Below are positions 18,656 through 28,602 of a stretch of DNA of 64,000 nucleotides, piece by piece (positions within the stretch are counted from its first letter, which is position 1; the number at the start of each line of letters is the position of its first letter). Origin of the DNA: Patescibacteria group bacterium (GTDB taxonomy: Bacteria; Patescibacteriota; Minisyncoccia; Phycocordibacterales; SBAW01); assembly GCA_019752125.1 (NCBI GenBank), contig JAIEMM010000006.1, positions 6,120-70,119 on the forward strand, written 5' to 3'. Below the pieces are notes generated by a model. That model worked only from the letters and a program-made list of their open reading frames with translations, was not told the DNA's origin and ran no database searches. Position numbers and translations under genes: made by a program.

Positions 18656-20482
18656 ATGGCACTTTTTGGACTCATAAAATCAAAAGACGAGGGTCAGGTG
18701 CCTGCAATGGCGCCCGTCATGCCTGAGCAGATCTATCGCCAAGGCGTATTGGAATTGCAGGACGTTATCGCACCTTCAGCGCTTAAAATCACCTCTCGCG
18801 AGCTTAATCTTGGCGACAAAATCGCACGAACATTTTTTGTTATGTCATATCCGCGCACGTTGGTGGATTCGTGGTTTGCTCCAATAATTAACCTCGACCG
18901 CGTTCTCGATATTTCTGTGTTTATCCATCCGATAGACTCAGCTGAAATCTTGAAGAAATTCCAGAAAAAAGTAGCTGAGGTGCAAAGCCAGATTATTTCT
19001 CGTGAAGACAAGGGCCTTGTGCGTGACCCTATCTTGGACACTGCCTACAGAGACTTGGAAGATTTGCGCGACCAGCTCCAACAAGCAGAGGAACGTATTT
19101 TCGATGTTGGCGTTTATATAACGGTATACGGCAAAACAATAGAGGAACTTGATAAGACCGAGAGTGAAATAAAGTCGATGCTTGAGAGCCGTCTTATTTA
19201 TGTAAAACCTGCATTATTCCAACAAGTACAAGGTTTTAGGAGCACTCTCCCGCTTGCAACTGATGAACTAAACGTCAATTCAAAACTAAATTCTTCGCCG
19301 CTCTCCTCTATATTCCCGTTCGTGTCCTTCGATCTCACATCTGACAAAGGCATCTTGTATGGTGTGAACCGCCACAACGCATCACTGGTGTTGTTCGATC
19401 GCTTTAGTTTGGAAAACTATAACTCGGTAATTTTTGCAAAATCAGGTTCTGGTAAATCATACGCAACAAAGCTGGAAATTCTGCGCACACTTATGTTCGA
19501 TACAGAAGTAATTGTTATCGACCCAGAGCGCGAGTACGAATTTTTGAGCCAGACTGTCGGCGGGCGCTACTTCAACATTTCACTTACATCAGAACACCAC
19601 ATTAACCCTTTCGATTTGCCTATACCTCGCGAGGATGAAAACCCTGCAGATATTCTCCGCTCAAATATTGTGTCCCTTGTTGGGCTGTTCCGTATTATGC
19701 TCGGAGGCCTTAGCCCTGAAGAAGATGCGATTATAGACAAAGCGATCACTGAAACCTACGCGCTTAAAGACATTACTGTCGACTCTAACTTCGCTGAAAT
19801 AGAGCCCCCTCTTCTTTCTGACTTCGAAACAGTGCTTTCCGGCATGGATGGCAGCGAATCCTTGGTGCAGCGACTTTCTAAATATACAAAAGGTACGTGG
19901 TCTGGGTTTATTAACCAAGCAACAAACGTCGACATTAATAAAAAGTTCGTTGTGTTCTCCGTTCGTGACATGGAAGACGACCTTAAACCGGTCGCCATGT
20001 ATATCATTACGCACTATATATGGAACGCGGTGCGCAAAAACCTCAAGAAACGTCTCCTTGTTATCGACGAAGCGTGGTGGATGATGAAATCTGAGGACAC
20101 AGCGTCCTTCTTATACAGCATGGCAAAACGCGGTCGTAAATATTACCTAGGCCTTGCAACTATTACCCAAGACGTTGATGACTTCTTAAAGTCTCCGTAC
20201 GGGCTGCCGATGATCACCAACTCATCTATCCAAATATTGCTCAAGCAGTCGCCAACAACAATAGATAACCTTCAAAAAACCTTTAATCTCTCAGATGAGG
20301 AGAAGTATTTGTTGCTTGAGTCGGACGTAGGGGAGGGGATATTCTTTGCTGGCCTTAAACACGTTGCTATAAAAGTGATTGCCTCGTACACAGAGGACCA
20401 GATAATCACCTCCGACCCGTCACAAGTGCTCGCTATCCGCAAACAGCAAGCTGACGCTGCTGAAGGCCGAGGTACAATATAG
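18656..20482 (+). CDS. VirB4-like T4SS ATPase
   Basis: Walker A AKSGSGKS, IDPEREY, INPFD, IDEAW, GRKY, ITQDVDDF. Confidence 0.92.
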   Translation: MALFGLIKSKDEGQVPAMAPVMPEQIYRQGVLELQDVIAPSALKITSRELNLGDKIARTFFVMSYPRTLVDSWFAPIINLDRVLDISVFIHPIDSAEILKKFQKKVAEVQSQIISREDKGLVRDPILDTAYRDLEDLRDQLQQAEERIFDVGVYITVYGKTIEELDKTESEIKSMLESRLIYVKPALFQQVQGFRSTLPLATDELNVNSKLNSSPLSSIFPFVSFDLTSDKGILYGVNRHNASLVLFDRFSLENYNSVIFAKSGSGKSYATKLEILRTLMFDTEVIVIDPEREYEFLSQTVGGRYFNISLTSEHHINPFDLPIPREDENPADILRSNIVSLVGLFRIMLGGLSPEEDAIIDKAITETYALKDITVDSNFAEIEPPLLSDFETVLSGMDGSESLVQRLSKYTKGTWSGFINQATNVDINKKFVVFSVRDMEDDLKPVAMYIITHYIWNAVRKNLKKRLLVIDEAWWMMKSEDTASFLYSMAKRGRKYYLGLATITQDVDDFLKSPYGLPMITNSSIQILLKQSPTTIDNLQKTFNLSDEEKYLLLESDVGEGIFFAGLKHVAIKVIASYTEDQIITSDPSQVLAIRKQQADAAEGRGTI

Positions 20483-20484
20483 CC

Positions 20485-21165
20485 ATGCATGCGGTGCGCA
20501 ACACGTTGCTAATTCTCTTTGCAATCCTCTTGGACTTGCTACAGGCAGGCATCTCTGCGGGTTTATTTTTCATGGGTGCTTTCCCAGGCACAGTTGGGGG
20601 CGCCACAGGAGGCTGTATTCTTGGCGCAAAAGTTGCGGGCCAAATCGGCTGCGCAATTGGTGGAGCGGTAGCTGGAGTTGCTGGAACTGCTCTAAACGCT
20701 GCTGCCGCAGCAACCCTTCCTTTTGCAATTGGACTTGGGTTTGCGGTAAATTTTTGCCTCGACGTAACTTTAGGGCTTGTTCTTACAGCATTCCTCATCT
20801 GGCTAGGTATGTATTACAAAGGAATTGGTATCACGGGCTTTATTGTTGAACTTGTCCCAGGGCTTGCTATTGTCCCAGGCTGGACAGCTATGACCATAGC
20901 GTGCGTCGTGCGAAAAACTGCTGAAGAGAAGCTGCTCGCAAGTTCCTCAGGAGGCTTGTTTACTACGTTTATTACAGCTGGGGTAGCGGGAGCTGGCACT
21001 TTTGCAACGTTTGCAATCAATCAGGGCACTGCGCGCAGAGCTCGAGGAATAGATATGTTTGCACAGGAGGAACAAGTCTCCCGTGATTCTGAGAAAAAAC
21101 AATTTGTTTCAACTGAACTGAAAAATATCGATGGTATCCGACCTAAAACATCATATGCAGCGTAA
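20485..21165 (+). CDS. Gly/Ala-rich membrane protein
   Basis: Multiple hydrophobic segments; ELVPGLAIVPGWT. Confidence 0.7.
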   Translation: MHAVRNTLLILFAILLDLLQAGISAGLFFMGAFPGTVGGATGGCILGAKVAGQIGCAIGGAVAGVAGTALNAAAAATLPFAIGLGFAVNFCLDVTLGLVLTAFLIWLGMYYKGIGITGFIVELVPGLAIVPGWTAMTIACVVRKTAEEKLLASSSGGLFTTFITAGVAGAGTFATFAINQGTARRARGIDMFAQEEQVSRDSEKKQFVSTELKNIDGIRPKTSYAA

Positions 21166-22186
21166 ATTTTTTATACTTCTTGCAGTACTTTTCTTGAGCG
21201 TAGCTCCGCCAGCTGGCAGAATGCATGCTCAAACCTCGTTACCAGACCCAGTGCAGTACACTGTCATACCCGAGACTCCAGGACCTAACCAACAAGTAAG
21301 TATCGAGGTAAGTGGGGTGGGGACGTTTTTGGGTAATGCCACTATTACCTGGCAAGTGAACGGAAAAACTGTTCCGGGGGCAACGGGCCGAACTTTTACC
21401 TTTACCACTGGAGGTATTGGTACACCTAGCACAATCCATCTGACTATAAATTCAGCGACGCAAGGACTCATCTCTCACGATTTTGTCTTTAACCCTTCTG
21501 TTATTAACTTAGTCTGGGAAGCAGATACCTCTACGCCGCTTTTGTATAAAGGTAAGGCGCTGTATAGCGCAGGCTCTGGCCTGCGTGTTGTGGCTTTCCC
21601 AACAGTGATGATCGGAAAGGCACTTGCGCCTGCAAGCAAACTTTCATTCCAGTGGTCACGAAACGACACCCCGGACCCTTCTTCATCTGGGTTAGGGAAA
21701 AATATATTTTCATTCTCTGGGGATCAGTTAAATACTGAGGAAAATGTTGCAGTTGATGTATATTCCAGCGGAACAAAAGTAGGGCAGGGGCGCATCACAA
21801 TACCGGCCTCAAAACCCGCGGTTATTATGTATTCTGTGGATCCTCTTCGTGGAACATTACTTGGTACAGCATTTCAAACCGGCTTCGCGCTTCCTCAAAC
21901 AGAGACGACTCTGAAAGCAGAACCATACTTCTTTTCAAATACGAGCTTCGCGCGCGGGCAGATAAAATATAACTGGTCATTGGGCGGGCAAGAGACCACG
22001 GGCCCCGATGCCGCAAAAGGTTTACTTACCCTTAGACAAACTGGGTCTGGCAGCGGCTCTGCAAATATTTCTGTAGATGTGCAAAATAATGAGAGTGACA
22101 AACTAGTTCAAGCAGCCAGCATCAACCTCAACCTTCTGTTCGGACCACAAACTGGCTCATCCATCCTTAACCTCTTTGGCTTATGA
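21155..22186 (+). CDS. Exported beta-rich (Ig/PKD-like) protein
   Basis: Signal peptide; ITWQVNGK, WEADT, FQWSRN, YNWSLGG. Confidence 0.72.
   Translation: MQRKFFILLAVLFLSVAPPAGRMHAQTSLPDPVQYTVIPETPGPNQQVSIEVSGVGTFLGNATITWQVNGKTVPGATGRTFTFTTGGIGTPSTIHLTINSATQGLISHDFVFNPSVINLVWEADTSTPLLYKGKALYSAGSGLRVVAFPTVMIGKALAPASKLSFQWSRNDTPDPSSSGLGKNIFSFSGDQLNTEENVAVDVYSSGTKVGQGRITIPASKPAVIMYSVDPLRGTLLGTAFQTGFALPQTETTLKAEPYFFSNTSFARGQIKYNWSLGGQETTGPDAAKGLLTLRQTGSGSGSANISVDVQNNESDKLVQAASINLNLLFGPQTGSSILNLFGL
21205..21220. repeat. PPAGG-type palindrome (1 mismatch), in frame
   Basis: tccgccagctggcaga versus tccgccagctggcgga at 41082 and 61647. Confidence 0.65.
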
Positions 22187-22869
22187 AAAGAAATTTCCTT
22201 ATAGTAGGCATTCTCACCTTGAGCCTTCTAGGTACTTTTACTGTACCAACAGTGAGTGCCCAAACAGCCCCCGGTTGTTATACAAATGACGAACGTCGTA
22301 CATACCAAGGTATGCCGGACGCAAATGGTTCCTGTGCCAAGTACCCAGACTCATCGCTTATGAGTTCTAGTGGTAGACCTGGGGCTCCTGTAGATAATGG
22401 TCTTTCTTACACGCCCCTGGAACCAATACCCGGCCAAAGTAGTAGTCAACCTAATTTCTGCGAATTGTTAAATATTTTGTTTAAAGTGCTTATCTATCTA
22501 GGAGGGATGGTGGCTGTCTTATTCCTAGTACTTGGTGGTATCGCCTATATGGTTTCAGAAGTGGTGGACAAACGTTCTGCAGCACGCGAGCGAATAAAAT
22601 CATCCGTGATTGGGCTACTTATACTTCTCTCTTCGTATCTCATACTATTCACCGTAAATCCAAATCTCGTAAACGCATGTAATCTTATCAGCCCAACTAC
22701 TACTGGCGTAATATCTGCGACACCTGACCCAGCAACAAGTCTTGTTGCTGGATGCACAAGTAACGGCGGGAGAATATATCTGTACAGTAATTGCGCGGAC
22801 CTAATTAAATATCAGGCTCCTGGGAAAACATGTGAGAACATTTCAACGAACATGTATTGCGTAAAATAA
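22183..22869 (+). CDS. VirB2/TrbC-like pilin-domain protein
   Basis: Two-TM hairpin LFLVLGGIAYMVS...ARERIKSSVIGLLILLSSYLILFTVNPNL. Confidence 0.82.
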   Translation: MKRNFLIVGILTLSLLGTFTVPTVSAQTAPGCYTNDERRTYQGMPDANGSCAKYPDSSLMSSSGRPGAPVDNGLSYTPLEPIPGQSSSQPNFCELLNILFKVLIYLGGMVAVLFLVLGGIAYMVSEVVDKRSAARERIKSSVIGLLILLSSYLILFTVNPNLVNACNLISPTTTGVISATPDPATSLVAGCTSNGGRIYLYSNCADLIKYQAPGKTCENISTNMYCVK

Positions 22870-22871
22870 AT

Positions 22872-24092
22872 ATGTTTAAAAAAATTACCATTTATATATT
22901 CTCAGGGCTCGCCTTACTTGCTGTCGGGGTTGGGGTGTTTTTCTTTTTCCAAACAAACAAACAAACCACTGGGCAAACTTCCTCTGGTGGGCTCTTTGGC
23001 TTCGGAAGCACTGTGGCAAATGTTCCGGGCGGGGGAGACACCCCAAATACACCGCAAGCGGGTATATCAACGCTGCAGAATATATTTAAAATCGCAGACG
23101 GCCCTATTGCCGGGGCAGCGTTTACACAAACCTTTAATCCAACAACAACACTGGCTCGCTACGTGCGAGCAGATAACGGCCACGTGCTTGATATACCTAT
23201 AGGAGTATCTGGGGCTGTAGCACGCGCTGTATCGAACGTCACTGTTCCAGGAATTACATCCTCAGTCTGGACAACATTCGGCAGCTCAACAGTTATGCAG
23301 TATGTGGACTCAGGCATTGTTAAAACCATGTATGTGGCCTTTGCCACCACTAGTTCAACCGCCACCAACTCCGCAGTAACTCCATCTCGTATACGTTTCC
23401 TCCCTAACGGCATTGTGTCGCTCGCCCTCGACCCAAAAGATACGCGCGTCGCATATCTACTCTTTAACAGTAGCGGTGGCGTGGATGGATATATTTCTAA
23501 CCTCGACGGTACGAACGTAAAGAATGTATTTTCATTACCTCTATCCCAAGCAACCCTCTCGTGGCCTTCACCGACGACCCTCCTCGTCCAAACAAAAAGC
23601 GCCTTTAGTGTTCCTGGTATTGCGTACTCAGTAAACGTGGCCACTGGTGCACTGTCTCCACTCCTGTACGCACCGGGCCTTTCTTCAACAGCAAATAAAA
23701 CGTTTACAAAAGTTGTGTACCAAACAAGCGCAGGCAATAAAACAACAACCTACTCCCACGACATTGCCACAGGTAAAGACGCACCTCTTGCAAATAATCC
23801 ACTACCTGAAAAATGTGTCTGGAGTACGCTTCCAGCCACCGACGCATACTGTGCATTACCGCTGGATGCAGTTTCTCCAAACTATATAGACCTGTGGCAC
23901 CAAGGCTTGGTCCAAACAGCAGATGCAATTGTTACTCTTGATACAAACACTGGTGTAGGAACTGTTATCACACTGCCAGGAGATGGGGGAGCTAGCGCGG
24001 GCATAGAACAACTTGTGCTCTCGCCAGATGGAAAATACTTAATGTTTATTACACGTGGCGACCAATCTCTCTGGGGAGTAAAGCTGCGCTAA
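22872..24092 (+). CDS. Membrane-anchored beta-propeller (TolB-like) protein
   Basis: N-terminal TM segment; LDPKDTRVAY, LSPDGKYLMF repeats. Confidence 0.72.
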   Translation: MFKKITIYIFSGLALLAVGVGVFFFFQTNKQTTGQTSSGGLFGFGSTVANVPGGGDTPNTPQAGISTLQNIFKIADGPIAGAAFTQTFNPTTTLARYVRADNGHVLDIPIGVSGAVARAVSNVTVPGITSSVWTTFGSSTVMQYVDSGIVKTMYVAFATTSSTATNSAVTPSRIRFLPNGIVSLALDPKDTRVAYLLFNSSGGVDGYISNLDGTNVKNVFSLPLSQATLSWPSPTTLLVQTKSAFSVPGIAYSVNVATGALSPLLYAPGLSSTANKTFTKVVYQTSAGNKTTTYSHDIATGKDAPLANNPLPEKCVWSTLPATDAYCALPLDAVSPNYIDLWHQGLVQTADAIVTLDTNTGVGTVITLPGDGGASAGIEQLVLSPDGKYLMFITRGDQSLWGVKLR

Positions 24093-24095
24093 AAA

Positions 24096-24548
24096 CTATT
24101 TCTTGCGAGACGCGAGAACTACGTGGCGGAATTTCCCTTCGCCCTCTGAACGAGTTTCAACTTCAGCGTCATCCGCAAAAAGCTCGTGCACAACAAGACG
24201 TTCGTACGAACTCATAGGTTCCATTTCTACATCATGTTTAAAAAGACGTACACGCTGTGCAAGCGTGCGGGCGTTAGCGCGCACCTGCTCCATCTGCTGT
24301 TCGTGATAGTTGTTGAAGTCTATAAGAAATTGACCTGCGTCCTCTCCATGCTTTTTTTCAACTATGCGACGCGCAAGGACTTGAAGCGAGCGGAGACCTT
24401 CTGCGTTGTTGTTTAAAAGATGTTCAGCTTCAGACGAGGTAACAGAAACGACGGTACGTGCGCCTTGCGATACAGAGATATCGCTAAACGAGAGGCCAAG
24501 ATGGCCGAGGAAGGTTCCTACAAAAGACTTGAGTTCTTCGGCTTGCAT
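24096..24548 (-). CDS. jag: Jag/EloR-like R3H RNA-binding protein
   Basis: MSSYERLVVH...SEGEGKFRHVV R3H motif; downstream of yidC. Confidence 0.85.
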   Translation of the reverse strand: MQAEELKSFVGTFLGHLGLSFSDISVSQGARTVVSVTSSEAEHLLNNNAEGLRSLQVLARRIVEKKHGEDAGQFLIDFNNYHEQQMEQVRANARTLAQRVRLFKHDVEMEPMSSYERLVVHELFADDAEVETRSEGEGKFRHVVLASRKK

Positions 24549-24588
24549 AGAGCCACAATACTCCAAATAGCCCTGGCTATCAAACCCG

Positions 24589-24605
24589 CCTGCCGGACGG
24601 GCAGG
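24589..24605. repeat. cctgcc...ggcagg palindrome
   Basis: cctgccggacgggcagg just past the yidC stop; twin at 41648-41667. Confidence 0.6.
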
Positions 24606-24607
24606 TA

Positions 24608-25330
24608 TTATGCTTTCTCGGCTGCCATTTGGCGCTGGATAAGCCATTCTTGGCCCAAAGAGATAACACTGCCAGCAATGAAGTAAATACCAACAGCCGC
24701 CGGAACTGTATACGACACAACACCCATAAGGGTGGGGAGGAAGTAGAGCATCATCTGACGCTGCAGTTTTTGTGCGCGCTGCTTGTCACTTTCTTTTCCT
24801 GAAGACGGAGTGTCCATGCGTGTAAACGAGTATCGGACAACAAGATACTGAAGAACCGCTACAAGCACTGCTATTGGTATATTGTGTTGCGCCATCAAAT
24901 CTACAAGTCCAAAGAAGTTTGTAGCGATAACGGAAGGAGCATGAACGAACGAGTAGAGGAGGTCGGTTGCAATAGGATTAAGTCCTTCGTGGAAAAAAGC
25001 ATAGTAGAGCGCGATGAACACTGGTATCTGCACGAGTAGCGAGAGAAATGCGCTGATTGGGCGAACTTTGTGTTTACGGAACAAGTCCATCGTGAGCTCT
25101 CCGCGCTTTTGTGCATCGTCTTTATATTTTGTATTAATCTCATCAAGCTCACCTTGGAGCGCCTGCATACCCATCTGAGTGCGAATATTTGAAGCAAACA
25201 AAGGATAAAATATGACGCGTATGATCAGCGTCACTGCAATAATCGCAAGACCAACATCACCAGCTGGCATTATGCCGATCAAGAAAATAAATGTGTTGTA
25301 GAACGGGTCGATGAGAAGAGTGTGGAACAT
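24608..25330 (-). CDS. yidC: Membrane protein insertase YidC (short form)
   Basis: GLAIIAVTLIIRVIFYPL, VQIPVFIALY, PAAVGIYF; synteny. Confidence 0.93.
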   Translation of the reverse strand: MFHTLLIDPFYNTFIFLIGIMPAGDVGLAIIAVTLIIRVIFYPLFASNIRTQMGMQALQGELDEINTKYKDDAQKRGELTMDLFRKHKVRPISAFLSLLVQIPVFIALYYAFFHEGLNPIATDLLYSFVHAPSVIATNFFGLVDLMAQHNIPIAVLVAVLQYLVVRYSFTRMDTPSSGKESDKQRAQKLQRQMMLYFLPTLMGVVSYTVPAAVGIYFIAGSVISLGQEWLIQRQMAAEKA

Positions 25331-25333
25331 AGG

Positions 25334-25642
25334 TTAGTTTTTTAACAATACCACTAAATCGTTTATGAACGCTGGCGTGAGCGGGTCTGCAGGAACTTTC
25401 TGAATAAAAATAACTGCAGTGCCTGTACCTTTATATGAAGACAATGCTCGGTATAGTGCACGACGTAAACGATTTCGCTCTACTGCCTTCTTTGCAACTT
25501 TTTTAGATACCACTGCAGAGGCGCGTAAGGGAGCGTTTCCTGCAACATACTTTGCAGAGAGTAGGGAAGCGCGGCGTGAGCGGCCTGCTGTCATCACATC
25601 TTTAACTTCCCGGGCAGACAAACGCCTGCGTTTTGGGAGCAT
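25334..25642 (-). CDS. rnpA: RNase P protein
   Basis: VSKKVAKKAVERNRLRR motif. Confidence 0.92.
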   Translation of the reverse strand: MLPKRRRLSAREVKDVMTAGRSRRASLLSAKYVAGNAPLRASAVVSKKVAKKAVERNRLRRALYRALSSYKGTGTAVIFIQKVPADPLTPAFINDLVVLLKN

Positions 25643-25655
25643 AGTAGTAGTTTAA

Positions 25656-25790
25656 TTAAACCGAAACTTTTGAGCGGCCCTTGCGGCGGCGGCGCTGCAT
25701 GGTTTTAACACCTCCTGGGGTAGCCGAGCGTTTTAGGAAACCGTGCGAACGTGCGCGTTTGCGCTTTTTTGGTTGGTAGGTCTGCGACAT
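25656..25790 (-). CDS. rpmH: 50S ribosomal protein L34 (not in ORF track)
   Basis: MSQTYQPKKRKRARSHGFLKRSATPGGVKTMQRRRRKGRSKVSV. Confidence 0.95.
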   Translation of the reverse strand: MSQTYQPKKRKRARSHGFLKRSATPGGVKTMQRRRRKGRSKVSV

Positions 25791-25836
25791 AGATAACTAG
25801 GACAATACCACAACTGATTTGATAAGGAAACCCCGC

Positions 25837-25851
25837 CAAGGTCGGACCTTG
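25837..25851. repeat. AGGTCCGACCT-family palindrome
   Basis: caaggtcggaccttg. Confidence 0.6.
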
Positions 25852-25862
25852 TCAAACCACGC

Positions 25863-25894
25863 TTATGCACAGTTCTTCCACAATGTTCTGCACA
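25863..25894 (+). promoter_or_regulatory. DnaA boxes upstream of dnaA
   Basis: ttatgcaca, tcttccaca and ttctgcaca in tandem. Confidence 0.6.
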
Positions 25895-25948
25895 TATAGT
25901 TTTTTTGACGGCAAGGTCGTGACCGCGTATTCTTACACCACTAACCCC

Positions 25949-27295
25949 ATGACAACCACGAAAGAACTTTGGGAAAATGCGCTGGTTGAACTAGAGCTCA
26001 CCATTTCAAAACCCAATTTCAATACCTGGTTTAAGGATACACACATAGTTAAAGTCGAGGAGGGGACTGTTTACCTAGGAGTTCCGAGCCAATTTGCCCG
26101 TGACTGGCTTTCTACTAAGTTCCATAAGGATATTTTACGCTCACTCCGCAGCCTTTCAGACACGGTACGCTCTGTTGAATACATTATTTCGCGCGGTCCA
26201 AAGAAAAATACCGTTGAAGAAGCTCGTACGGTCCCCCCTCCTCCATCAGAATTACCCCTTGAGAGCATTCATCAAAAGACGAACCTAAACCCTCGTTTTA
26301 CCTTCTCTTCCCTTGTGGTTGGGCCATTTAATGAGCTTGCACACGCTGCAGCCCAAGCTGTTATCAGGAAACCGGGTATTGCGTACAACCCACTTCTTAT
26401 CTATGGGCCTACAGGCCTTGGGAAAACCCACCTTATACAGTCTATAGGGAACCATTTCCGCGTTACGACACCAGACCGAAAAGTTCAATATATGACCTCA
26501 GAGAAGTTCTCTATGGACTACGTTTCTTCGCTTCAGGCAGGAAAAGTCCAGTCTTTTAAGGAGAAATACCGCCAATATGATCTGCTCATCATGGATGATG
26601 TGCAGTTTTTGGCAAAAATGGAGAAGACTAAGGAGGAGTTCTTCCACCTATTCAACTTCCTCCACGATGGAAATAAGCAGCTTATTTTCACCTCCGACCA
26701 GCATCCAAACGTCATCCAAGGTCTTGAAGACCGTATGCGCTCTCGTCTTAACGCAGGAATGATAGTTTCAGTAACCCCACCAGACCACGAGTCTCGTCTT
26801 GCTATAGTTCGCGCAAAAGCGACTGCACACAACGTTATAATGCCTGACGAAGTATTGGAGTACCTTGCAACCACAGTTGAAGGTAACGTCCGCGAACTTG
26901 AAGGGGCATTAAATCTGCTTTTGATCCAGTTTGAGCTTAGAAACAACGAAACCCTTACCTTAAACGACGCAAAAACACTTCTTCGTGGTGCAGCAAGCGC
27001 AACAAAGAAGGCTGTGTCGGTTCAGGAGGTTGTACGCACTATATCTGGCTTCTATGGGGTAGAGGAGCATAGTATTTACGAAAAAACCCGAAGAAAGGAA
27101 GTTGTACGCCCACGCCAAGTCATTATGTTCTTACTCCGCGAAGATTTTAAGATTTCGTTCCCAACAATAGGGGAGAAATTGGGTGGAAGAGATCACACTA
27201 CTGTTATTCACTCGTGCGAAAAAATAAAAAATGACCTCCGCAGCGACAGTGTACTGAGCCAAGAACTCAGTCAGATCCGTCTCATGTTGAAATGA
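25949..27295 (+). CDS. dnaA: Chromosomal replication initiator DnaA
   Basis: YNPLLIYGPTGLGKTHL, MDDVQF, GNVRELEGAL, GGRDHTTVIHS. Confidence 0.98.
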   Translation: MTTTKELWENALVELELTISKPNFNTWFKDTHIVKVEEGTVYLGVPSQFARDWLSTKFHKDILRSLRSLSDTVRSVEYIISRGPKKNTVEEARTVPPPPSELPLESIHQKTNLNPRFTFSSLVVGPFNELAHAAAQAVIRKPGIAYNPLLIYGPTGLGKTHLIQSIGNHFRVTTPDRKVQYMTSEKFSMDYVSSLQAGKVQSFKEKYRQYDLLIMDDVQFLAKMEKTKEEFFHLFNFLHDGNKQLIFTSDQHPNVIQGLEDRMRSRLNAGMIVSVTPPDHESRLAIVRAKATAHNVIMPDEVLEYLATTVEGNVRELEGALNLLLIQFELRNNETLTLNDAKTLLRGAASATKKAVSVQEVVRTISGFYGVEEHSIYEKTRRKEVVRPRQVIMFLLREDFKISFPTIGEKLGGRDHTTVIHSCEKIKNDLRSDSVLSQELSQIRLMLK

Positions 27296-27504
27296 TGTGG
27301 ATATGTGGTTGTATAAGAGGGGGTAAAGCGACTGAATAGCACATGAAGAAGTTCCCCCAGAAGCAGTTGTCCACAAAAGAAGTCCTTTACTACCAACAGG
27401 TAAATAGAATTATGAGTTCCTTGTATGAGCTTATAAAACAACGTTAAATTGAGTTATCCAGATATTCACAGCTATAGTAGTAATAAGGTTTTTATTAAAG
27501 AAAA
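27296..27504. other. Putative oriC (dnaA-dnaN intergenic region)
   Basis: DnaA boxes tgtggatat, ttgtccaca, ttatccaga, atattcaca followed by trio-like tag-tag-taa-taa. Confidence 0.75.
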
Positions 27505-28602
27505 ATGAAATTTGAGACCAGTACAACAGAATTTCTCTCCGCGGTGGGGACAGCAACACGTTTTGTTGAACGTCGTGCAAACCTCCCTGTACTCGCTGGT
27601 ATTTTGATGGTTGCAGAAGGTGGACGTCTGACGCTCAGGGCAACTAACCTTGAGTGTGGGGTTGAGATCACTGTGCCGGCAAAAATTGCAACTGAAGGTA
27701 TGGTTGTTGTACCAGCAGGAGTGTTGTCCGGATTTTTAAATACAGCGCGAGGTAAGACAGTTTCAATATCTCTTGTTGGTGAGGTGTGTAAGGTGGAGAC
27801 AGAGCGTGCCTCAGCATCAATCAAAACGCTCCCACACGAAGATTTTCCAGTACTCCCACGTGTGTCTGCAGAACGCTCGTTTACAGCAAAGAGTGCGGAC
27901 TTGGCACGAGCTATTCGCAGTGTTGCGTATTGTGCATCACTTTCTGCTACAAAACCTGAACTACAGAGTGTATTACTCAGCGCTGATGGTGGAAAACTTA
28001 CAGCGGCAGCAACAGACTCATTCCGCCTCGCAGAAAAGGTCGTACCTCTTCGTGGCAGTGCATCAACACCACAACTTTTAGTGCCTGCACGTAATGCGGC
28101 AGAGCTTATGCGTATTCTTGATACTGCGGGAGGTGAGGCAGAGATTTATTTCAACGAAAACCAACTCTCAACCCACGTAGGAACTATTTACTACACCAGC
28201 CGCGTTATTGACGCTGCGTTTCCTAACTACAAACAAATTATTCCAAAGACATTTGCAACAGAAGCGCTTGTACTACGAGAAGATCTTGCGGTGGCACTCA
28301 AGTCAATCAGTATTTTTGCAGATAAATTTTCACACGTGTCTGTTTCTCTCGACCCTGTGAAGAAAACTCTTACACTTACGTCTCGTAACCCAGATGTGGG
28401 GGAGCAAGTGTGCACCCTTAAGGCGACCATAAGTGGCGAACCCTTCACAATGTCCTTCAATGGCCGCTATCTTGCCGACAGCCTCCAGTCAGCCCAAGGA
28501 GAAAGCATCAAAATCCAGGCTAATGGCCCCGGTAAGGCTATCCTTATCCGCGATGCGGGCGATGACTCATTCTTCTACCTCGCAATGCCAATGAACCGCT
28601 AA
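27505..28602 (+). CDS. dnaN: DNA polymerase III beta clamp
   Basis: LPVLAGIL, ATNLE, ATDSFRLAE, FPNYKQIIP, FNGRYL, YLAMPM. Confidence 0.96.
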   Translation: MKFETSTTEFLSAVGTATRFVERRANLPVLAGILMVAEGGRLTLRATNLECGVEITVPAKIATEGMVVVPAGVLSGFLNTARGKTVSISLVGEVCKVETERASASIKTLPHEDFPVLPRVSAERSFTAKSADLARAIRSVAYCASLSATKPELQSVLLSADGGKLTAAATDSFRLAEKVVPLRGSASTPQLLVPARNAAELMRILDTAGGEAEIYFNENQLSTHVGTIYYTSRVIDAAFPNYKQIIPKTFATEALVLREDLAVALKSISIFADKFSHVSVSLDPVKKTLTLTSRNPDVGEQVCTLKATISGEPFTMSFNGRYLADSLQSAQGESIKIQANGPGKAILIRDAGDDSFFYLAMPMNR

